Origin: Phoronis australis | Taxonomy: Eukaryota; Animalia; Phoronida | Length of the DNA stretch: 62,351 bases | Assembly (NCBI GenBank): GCA_002633005.1 | Contig: NMRA01001057.1 | Location: forward strand, 1 to 62,351 | Reading direction: 5' to 3' | Part shown: piece after piece, positions 52,901-62,351 of the stretch | Position numbering within the stretch: position 1 is the stretch's first letter | Layout of the letters: each line of letters starts with the position of its first letter | The notes under the pieces: generated by a model | What the model was told of the DNA's origin: nothing | The model's database searches: none | What the model saw: only the letters and a program-made list of their open reading frames with translations | Made by a program: the position numbers and the translations under genes

Positions 52901-55565
52901 GTCAGTGCTTCATTCAAATACATGTAGGCCAAGCACTGAGTTCAGAGGGATTACATACACACGCGCGCAACCAGTGACAAATTAGTTCAACCAGGAAGAC
53001 ATTACCCGATAATGCCTTCCTGGTTCAACGAAGTCTATTCAATTTGTATCCTCCTCAATAATTTATGTCTGCATAGGTGTTTCTCGTGCGTCAACTTAGA
53101 TGCAACACGCGAGTTTTTTTCTTACAGAAGCTTTATATCGAGTCTGTTGCCGGGAGGAAGGGGGTACATACGTAGATGTTTCCTGCTGAAACCCAACCCC
53201 AAAATCTCTCAGTAGTTGACCTTTTCATTTTCGTTGTTTACCCGCCTGCATCTGCTGGAGGGTGGAGGAAGGGGTGGGGGGGGGGAGGGTTCGGATTAGT
53301 GCTACATTATACGTCGTTCGTTATTCGTTGTATAAGATCTTGCCTGCAAGTCATGTCTCTTCTTTTGCAGGAAAAAATCCCACCTCAATTCAAGATTCCG
53401 TTATGTACAAAGAGGCCTATGGTGTGACTTCTTACATGATTGACGATAACGGATGCAATTGCATGTCGACTCTCAATATGGGTCACGACATATGCACTTT
53501 CAGCTTCTTAAAATCCGAATTTGGGGTAGAGCTGCTGGACTCGGACTGCGACACGCCCAACAACCGGAATGGATTGACACTGTATTTCAAAGGTAAATGC
53601 ATATTTGCATAGCCTCCGTTAATGTGGGGACTGAGGGATAAAAATGGAAGACCGAAAGATTGTCTCTACATTCCAAAACGTGTGCTTTTCTCGTTAACTA
53701 CGAGCCATTTTATCACAACCTCCGCCTTCGCGCAATATGTCTAGTAAGTTAGGTAGGGCATCAATTGTCATAGCTGAATACCTTACACACATTCATTGGC
53801 TGCCTATTAAATTTCTTACTGGCTTCAAATTCGCTATATGTAGCACAAACGAAATAATTCTTTTTGTGCTCCCTGCCAGTTTCCCACTCTGTACGTCTTC
53901 AGCTGTTTTTGATTCGTGTATTTTGTTTCTTTCTCCTATGGTCTGGGACTCGAGTTTGGTCGCCGGTTATGAGGTATTATTTGAGCGCGTGTGGAGTGAC
54001 AGGGCGTGGATATGGAGTTTGTAGGCCTACGCGTGTTTGTTGCTTCCCGATCGGGGACTGGGGTTTACGGGGATTGAAGCTGGAATTTCGAGCAGGAGCC
54101 ATGGAATCGTTTACGCCTCCCGCTGACTCATAAAGATCAATCATAAAGCTGACCAGAAACTGTCTTGAAGTGGTCGCAGCATGCCGACCCCCCTATGTAT
54201 CATTCGTGATGAACAGACTCTAGCTGCAATTTCTAGCCATTTTTCGTCTCTGCTGAGTGGTCAAAGCACCCCCTGACATAAAAACAAAATGAGCGATAAT
54301 CAACACATACCTGTCACAGTGCTAACTTAAACGTTATTTCAAGAGATAAGATCACCATAAATAACAGTAGGCAGTCTTCTGTTGTCAAGTTCAGCCTGAG
54401 TAGTAACTGAAGGTTTTAGTTTTGACCAAGAGAGAGGAGATTGCGTTATCGAGGCATGCGCCATCGCTTGTTTCAGGGACGTTTTTGCCCGTAGGTTCTA
54501 AGTGCGCGCTTGAAAAATTAGCTTCTGAGTGTACACCTTGAGCAGCAAGGGTACTACTACCATTAGTACCACAGCAGAGACTGGCTCGTGGTTGATCCGG
54601 AAATGATGTCGAGTAACTTAGCAACGAAGTCTGGTTCTGCCAAAATCAGTGGCAGAGATTGGTCCCGTCATCACAGTAATTAATGTCTTGTTGATGTCCA
54701 CTGAGTAACGTAGCCCCTTTGTAGCAATGTCCGCTAGTGCAGCAATGGAACGAGGCTGCCAGTGTTCCGAGACTTGTTTCTCGGATCTTTGATTATCTGG
54801 TATTAAAATTTGACCCATTTGCTTCATGTAAAATTGACTTGTAATCAGCGAAGAGGTAAAAATCGGTCTTTTCCAATCTGTTGTTCATCCTGTTTAAACA
54901 AATGCGCGTTCTACTCCCCGGTACACTTTCATTTTTCTTTCGCATTTTGTGTTCAGCAGTCCACGGGTAAAGATAAAAACTGAATCACACGTACGGTTTG
55001 ATTTTGTGTGCTCTTCGCCCTTGGTGTGAAATCATATTACACGGTTTCGCGTTGAAGTATCTTGGGGCCTATAAGCTATAAACATTAGGGATGGGTGTGG
55101 GCAATAACTTGAGCTGCCTCCGCTGGTCAAAATTTCTTCTTTCAGCCCTTCCCTAATCGTTGACAACCGTTCGCCACAATTTTCACTGTTCCCCTCTGGT
55201 CGTCACACTTTTGAAGTGCCCCATAGATAGATTTTTCAGATTTATTCAGTTTAATAGATTTTAAAGTACTAATGGGTAAATCTCAATACCTTATATTTTT
55301 GCTTAATTTGCTCTTGTTGACGATTGCAAACGGGTTCACTGTTGACAGAATCGGAAAGGGCTTCACTAGCCCTTCTCTCTCTAAATCCATAACAATTTTG
55401 TTTACACACTGTATAGGCTACAGTATAGTTGGAAATTTACCGAGTGACATAGTCACGTGCACGTGTCTCTACTTCTTTGTTTTAGATGACGATGACTGTA
55501 TTGGTGTCTCTTGTCCAACAGGGAAAAGATGTCGGGATGACTTTCATACCCATGTGTGCGAATGA
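49918..55565 (+). CDS. Uncharacterised secreted protein, 325 aa: signal peptide + PAN/Apple domain + unrecognised Trp/Cys-rich domain + truncated EGF-like tail
   Basis: Exons 49918-50257, 50890-50997, 51501-51615, 52275-52387, 53371-53592, 55486-55565. All GT-AG, phases consistent, total 978 nt with no internal stop. Hydrophobic N-terminus (WALLAIGSIICAGA); PAN pattern SLSRCALVCNAVEECDGANF...TCLML; last exon DDDDCIGVSCPTGKRCRDDFHTHVCE-stop. Confidence 0.85.
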
Positions 55566-57859
55566 GATGGTCGAATCAATTCATTTTCAATGTCGTTTTT
55601 ATTATTTATCTTCGTGTTGGTTCATGATAATGATAAGGGTGATGATATTGGTAATGAATCACAAAACTGAGAAAAAAATGCATGGTATGGTTTGCTTGCT
55701 ATCGTCTTGATGTGGAAAATAATTTGAATCTGCCAGAATAACTCGTAAGGAACAGCAGCTATATCACTCTTTTAAGGGAGTGAATGGAGTTTCGGACCTC
55801 AATTTTTGACGCCACCGAGATTGCGTTTACTACATTTTCTAACCTAGAAATGTGTCGATTTATCAATGATTAATATAAACTCTCTCGCTATACTGCTTTG
55901 ATGGCTAAATAAGGGTGATAAACTTTGCTCCAAAAATCATTTTTGATCAGTTCCAAGACATAAGCAGTGAGCTAGGTAACATAATTAACTCTTGAATTTA
56001 CATTACAAATTGAAATAGGCTCACTATACAACCTTGGCCTGTTCCAATGACGTCATCAAAAAAATTCTTTCCCTCTTAGTTCACTACTTTTCAAAATCGT
56101 CAGAACACTGCCATGTAAAACATTTTTGTAACTTGTATCATAGCAGTTCATGTGGAATATTATCGAACGCACGGGAGTAATCAACAAAAAGAGCATAAAC
56201 CGTCACTTTCTTTTTGTAATATATTTCTGCACCATATCTTGTATAGTAAATATTTGATCAACGGTGCTATAACCCTTCCTAAATCCAGCTTGAGACTCAT
56301 GCACAAGTTGCTTTCATTTGACCAAATGGCAAGACGATTTCAGTAAAATTTTTCCCAACTACAGAAAATGCAATACCACCATAGTTGCCCACGTCATTAA
56401 TTGAACCATGCTTGTGGATAATCACCAGAAGACCATATCGTATTAAACGTATCAGTTAAAGGTAGTGACTTTGGTATAAATCTCCAAATTCGCAAAACCC
56501 GCAGGATACTCATCAGTCAGAGCTTTGTTTTAACTCTGTGATGCCAAATGTTAAACTTGAACTCTGAGCAAGAGGCTGTGCAAAAGAAATTTCATTTCCA
56601 AGACAAACTACGCAGCATGCTAAGAAGTGACGCGACCCTTGCAAACTCATTTCTCCCCAAACCGACAAGCTGGGCTCCTCTTAATGGCTGGCAACATTAT
56701 AGCCACAGCAAAATAAATTTTTATTTCTAATTGATTCTCGATAATATGCGATTGTGGAGTGGACGTCTGACGAGCCTGGGAACGAAAAGAATGGCAAATC
56801 GACCCGTTGCATTGGTTACGGCCATGCCCATCACAACAGGCACAATAGGCGCAATAGCGTTTGTTAAGCATTCTTTCACTTATACACACCGAAAATGATT
56901 GAGGGCGTATGGTTCACCTGTCTTAGTGTCATGTAAAACGTTCATCGCGAGCTCTCATTGCACAAGGAAATATCCACTCACAGGACACGTTTATTGATTT
57001 CATATAAAGAGGTGATCACGTTCGCTTTCACAAGTGTACCTATGTGTAGTACAACACCGTTTCTGAATTTCAACAGGGCTGCTTATATCGCGATTTAGCA
57101 ATCGTAGAGTTTGTCATGATTTGGTATCAATATACACGGAAACGTCACGTGTATGGTTTAACAAACACTTAGAAGAATTGAGCCTAACAAGAATGTAAAA
57201 AAACACGACAAAGTGAAAAAAATATGGATATAAGAAATTGATATATACACAAAACGTACCGAGAGTGGCGTTCATGAAGAAATATCCCACGAGACATTAT
57301 TCCTCGTATCGACCGAGGCATTCGGTCGAGTGGGATATTACTTGGTGTACGTCAATCGATGTACGTTTTGTATTTATCCCATGCGCTTCGAATTCCTAAA
57401 TTGCTTTTATTTTTTTGGCAGATTTTTAAATGCTTTACTCAGACTGTTCACGTGGCGGATCCTATGTATGTACTTGCGCGTTAGGTTGCAAGGTTTGTCT
57501 AGTAAAAGAAACAGTTTTAAATGTAACGATTTATTACTTGAAAAGAGATGACAAAGACGAAAACAACGGTAACCGTGCGTTGAACTTGTAACATCTTCTG
57601 AAAGTAGTTAAATAACAACAATATTTGAAATTGTGACCGAGGAATCGGTGCCTGAGTTGCAGACGATATTATAATTAGCAATTGAAAACTGCCGGAGACA
57701 GAATTCAGTGTCATATTAACTGTTTTGTACCAGATGTTACGTTTAGGGCCTGATTGCATGTCGAGTGTTATTTATACTGCTGCTAAAGTATTACTTTAAA
57801 CTATATTCAGAAAGTTTGATGATCGAACTGGCCAACGACGTCGAGTCGACACTGACCCA

Positions 57860-58068
57860 TTAATAAAAACAACCACGGTTTTGAATCGACTTGACATGTT
57901 TCGGTGTCATTTATTCATTAGTTGTTGCTGGGCCTAGCTAGATGGCCACTATATTCTCTCTTCTGATGATGGTGTTTGAATAAATGACACCGAAGCATGT
58001 CAAGTCGATTTCAAACCGTGGTTGTTTTTAATTAATTTATGCTGAGCTACTTGCTATCATGGAGACAC
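57860..58068. mobile_element. Internally deleted copy of the 17703-18140 MITE family
   Basis: ttaataaaaacaaccacggttttgaa ... ggccactatattctctcttctgatgatggtgttt ... gctacttgctatcatggagaca shared with that element. Confidence 0.85.
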
Positions 58069-61000
58069 TGACCTACCTTTTGAACTTTCCATGTTAGATG
58101 TCACTGTTGAAGTAGTGCGGGAGATGAATACGTATTGCACTCGACAGATTCAACGCGTATGCGATAAAGTATGTTTTCAATCCTCATTGGACAAAAACCA
58201 TAGACAGAAAGTATATAAGAGACCAAGAAATGGCCACGCTTCGGCGCAGTGTGACCGAGTATTTTGTAATGAGCGTCAAAGCAGAAAACCAACGTGGTAC
58301 AATACACCCACGACAGTTTTGCTAGGCTTATTATCATTCCTGAGGGTAAAGTGGAGGTGCCTCAGTCCTAGTACTGCCTCGGTCTCTTATTTAGGACTCG
58401 ATCACTAATCTACAGGCTCATTCACATCTAGCTAAGCATCTGACAAGAACCAATGAAGTATTGTTTAATTACAAATGTTCGGTCTCCATAAACTTAAGAC
58501 ACTGAGGAAGTTACAAGTTATTCAATTTCTTCGTAAATGTCCCTAATCTCTAGAAATACCTGCTGTGTCACTATTCTAGAAGGCTAGCTGCTATACAGTG
58601 TACATACAAAACTACACGATAAAATATAAGCCAAATTAGTAAACAAAATCGTCCTTGATAACATAGTAAATAAATGGCGTGGTTACTTGGTCCTCATTTT
58701 TACGAAACTGTAGCGAGGACAGACCACGTTGTATCTGGATTTGTAGATGTCTCAGCATCCAGTCCATGCAGTTCTGCTGATCAGAATTGAACAGAAAGCA
58801 GTTTGGGAACAGGACATTTCATTTTCTGAGCCCCCTTTAGGCGATTTCGTACACTATGGCTATATGTCACATGTATAAATTGGATAATTTTGATATGGCT
58901 TTAAGAACAGTTGTTCACTGAATTGCCGATACAAGGGATTGCATTTTCCAATAGAGCAAGCCTCTCTACTTTTTGTGTACTATATGTTTTCCATATGTAT
59001 TCTGACATTGGAAGAAATTTCCTATAAGTTGTACGCTTAGTGCCAAGTAATCTTGGATAAAACTTTAAAAATCTAATTAGTTTTCATTACAGTAAACTCG
59101 AAATACACGCAATTCTAAATATGCATGCTGATATTCAACAGAAATCTACTCTACTAAGGTATTCTTTTTGCTTTTCTTTCTTTACGTCAGAACATAGTTT
59201 AATGATAATTTTTTTCAATCCCCATCGGTCGCCACTTCATTGTTTTCCTTTTATCCGGACCCGCACCCGGTCACCGCTCCCCATTAATGACTTTACTTCA
59301 CGATTCTTGACAATCTAAGAAAGGGTAAAATTACGTAGACTATCGTGCCATCCTCGGTGAGCGATTGTCGGTGAGCGTTTTAGGGTTCGGACCACACTGC
59401 ATCCACGTTCCTCGACGTGAACTTAATTTGATATTGCTAATTTACCGGTTTATTCTACATTCTAATGTTTTTAAGACGAAGAATACCGATAAAATGTCAC
59501 TTTTCTGTCTCCGACACTTCGATGCAGCAGCACTGAATTAAGTTTTAAGCTCATTACAGGGTTTACTTTTGGATCACAGACACATAGTGACGAATGAGGA
59601 AATAGCCAATCAAAGAATCTCACTGTCTGACGCCACAGTTCAAACACATCAGTGGCATCTAATGGTAGATATTAGAATCTCGTTTTATGTGAAATGCATG
59701 AATTTGTAGGGGTAAACATGTCATATTCAACGCACTCCAACGCGGACACTAATTTGCGATCTTCAAGGACCGAGTAGCCGTCTTGGATAGCTGATAACCT
59801 GAATAGTTTTATTTCAACCACCTTTGAGACTACTTCAAATGCGCCAACAGAGTCGCCTCCTGGTAATGTCTTCTTGGGCCCTGGATCTAATTTTTTCTCG
59901 AAATCAAATACGATATTATTGTCTTGGCATTTTCTATTTTTCTTTTGTGCGAACTCGAGATAAGCGTCCAATATTCTATGCTCTAGTACTGAATAAGTGC
60001 CTTGTTTAAACTTGATGTCCCCAGCATTAGGCTAAATTTTGAGTCTGAGCTCGAAATTTCGAAATTTTACTTGAAATCTCTAGTTTTAATTCGACTTTGC
60101 CGTAACTCGAATCTGGGAGTCACCAAGTGCAGAAAAATTGGAATAGACATTCATATACTTAAGTCGTACTCGGGCACGGTATAATAAACACTTAAAGTGG
60201 CTTGGAACGTGAAAAATAGTGTAAAATAAGAAAGTAAATGTTACTCATCTCGCATGAAACCTGTATCATATTGTGGCGTACAAGTTTTTTCGTAGGTTTC
60301 GTAAATACAGTGAGTTTTAGATGAGTTTGGAGTATTTTTCTTTACGTTTGAAAGTTGACCAAAAAGACACGCCTTCGTGCTCGTCAAGTCCGACATTACA
60401 GTCCCAAAATGCATTGCGGTGCCTTATTTGGAAATGGCCTGATGACCTCAGAGAGGTGAAAGGTCGCCCAAAGCAAAACAGTGATGTCTGGTTTCGAAAG
60501 CACATCGACACCTCGATTGACTCAAAGAAGTCCCATTTCTGAAGTAAGTTATCGTTTTATTTGGTTTCTAGGCTCCCCCAAGTATGATCTAATATACTTG
60601 TTGCCCAGGATTTCATTTATGTGCATTTCAAACGCAAAACGTTCTGTTCATGTCTTATCGTTTAGTGAATGAAAATAGTCTGGCTCACCGATCGGCGTAC
60701 GGTCAACATCGTAGACTATGTTGTGTATAATCTATAGCAAACATGAACAATAACATTTTGCTAAAAACATTTCAATGCACCGTGACTGTATGTAGGATTT
60801 ATAACTAAAATGTATTTCGGGTGATTGTTAATTGTTACCACGTGATGACTGCGTACAGGCCAAGGGCCCCCCATGACTGGTGCAAGCAAAAATTACACAG
60901 CAACAGCATGAAGCGTGAGAAAATATCGAGCCCAACGGTAGAATTCCGGAACACCAGGTCCGTATCGCCAACCCCCACAACATTCGAGCCACCTGTGCAT

Positions 61001-62351
61001 ACAATCGAGCTTTGCCCATTTCTCCGAGGTGTCATGTTGGGCCCCCCTTGTGGTATCCTAGATCCGCCACTGGCGTATTCACCGCTTAGTAAGTGGCCGA
61101 GTAGTGCAAGTGCAGTTAGCTAAATCCTCAGCTGTTAGTGGTGGAAGAAAATGCAATCTGAATTTCTCTGAAAACCTTCATTGAACTTTCTTGTTTACCG
61201 ATCAAAAAATCCCCCAAAAATTCTGGCCCAGGGTTTTCTTGAATTCTGGGGCCAAATGCACCCAGTTGGCCCAAAGTACATGTAGTCAATGCATTTTAGG
61301 GTTCAAATGGCCAAGTGCAATGACTTGACCAACTTAGTAATTATATCAAAATTATGCCTTAGTAATCACACTGTTATTTACAGTAGTTCTAACCAATTAC
61401 AAGGTGCTTCACAGCGAATTTTTAAATAAAACTTTAAAATTGGGAAGATTAACTTTCTAAATTTTGGTATCTTTTTGAACCTAAAACACAGTTTATCTCC
61501 TAATATCTCAAAAGCTGTTAACTCCAGTCATCTGATAATTTACATTGTCATTACATGGAAAGATGTGATGATTATAAGTCACAGACACATATGTTCCAAG
61601 GACTGGTGGTAAATATATTGACCTAATTGTTCACCCAGTAATAGTTTGCAATATGCATCATAATGAACATTCAGTCACAACAGCATTCAAAAAGTTTTAT
61701 TTTATCGAGCATCATCATGTTCCAAATAATTTTGCTTTTTTTCAAAGTATGTTACACATTTTCACTGACTATAACTACAAGCACTTAGCAATTTAGGGAT
61801 TTGCACAAATCTGTGGTTTGCAATCAACTTCTGTTTTATTGAGCTGGCCTCCACTTTTACATCTGACTACAATGAAACATCAATGATGTGTGGACTCATG
61901 GAAGGATACAAAGTTACTTAATCCACGAAATAAGTGGTCATTCCACTTGAGCAACATAACTATGTTTAGAAATAAAAAGACATAATCAATCTACACACCT
62001 TTGGACAAACTAAATGATAAATTGCACTTCCAGCAAATTTGTTCCACTAAAAACATCAGAGATTGCAGCAACATTAATTGAAAATAATTTTATTTCTACT
62101 GTCCATAGAGCATCTAATTATCATTCCAGAGGAGAAAATAATGGAACATCTAGGTACTTTCATAGTTCATAACATTATTCATTGGCTACAACATCAGCCG
62201 TTGCACAGTTTCAATTGCACAGAGCTTGTCTAACACTTCACCTGTGGCTAGAGAACAAAGAACTGTCAAAAGTAGCACGTTATTGCACCAGCAATTGTAG
62301 GAGGTACTGAAAGTCAAGACTTTGTCGCACTGGCTGAGCATAGAACAGACA

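Noticed and set aside
61690-62351. 3' UTR of a minus-strand gene beyond the window
   Set aside because: Only TTTATT hexamers in AT-rich DNA; no coding exon visible.

Overview
AT-rich, intron-containing animal genomic DNA, most likely an invertebrate (taxon not determinable from sequence alone). Three multi-exon genes can be assembled with GT-AG junctions and consistent phases: aprataxin (APTX, minus strand, 6 coding exons, 11598-19816, HIT + C2H2, no FHA exon found); an RCC1/BTB protein (RCBTB1/2 ortholog, plus strand, 14 coding exons, 26538-42149, 532 aa) lying head-to-head with APTX; and an unnamed secreted protein (plus strand, 6 exons, 49918-55565, 325 aa: signal peptide, PAN/Apple domain, unrecognised Trp/Cys-rich domain, truncated EGF-like tail). 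A fourth gene starts at 4094 (minus) with a signal peptide + single Ig-like exon. Introns and intergenic DNA hold many transposon relics: two decayed LINEs, several TTAA-flanked Kolobok-like elements (one with THAP and KolX-like remnants), MITEs and foldbacks, and a Helentron-like element with a tandem array of CTCF-like motifs. No rRNA, tRNA or CRISPR array was found. The best candidates for novelty are the PAN + unknown-domain secreted protein, an out-of-frame upstream ORF overlapping the RCBTB start, the Ig gene with possible secreted/membrane acceptors, and the CTCF-motif array. All calls are by eye; no database searches were run.
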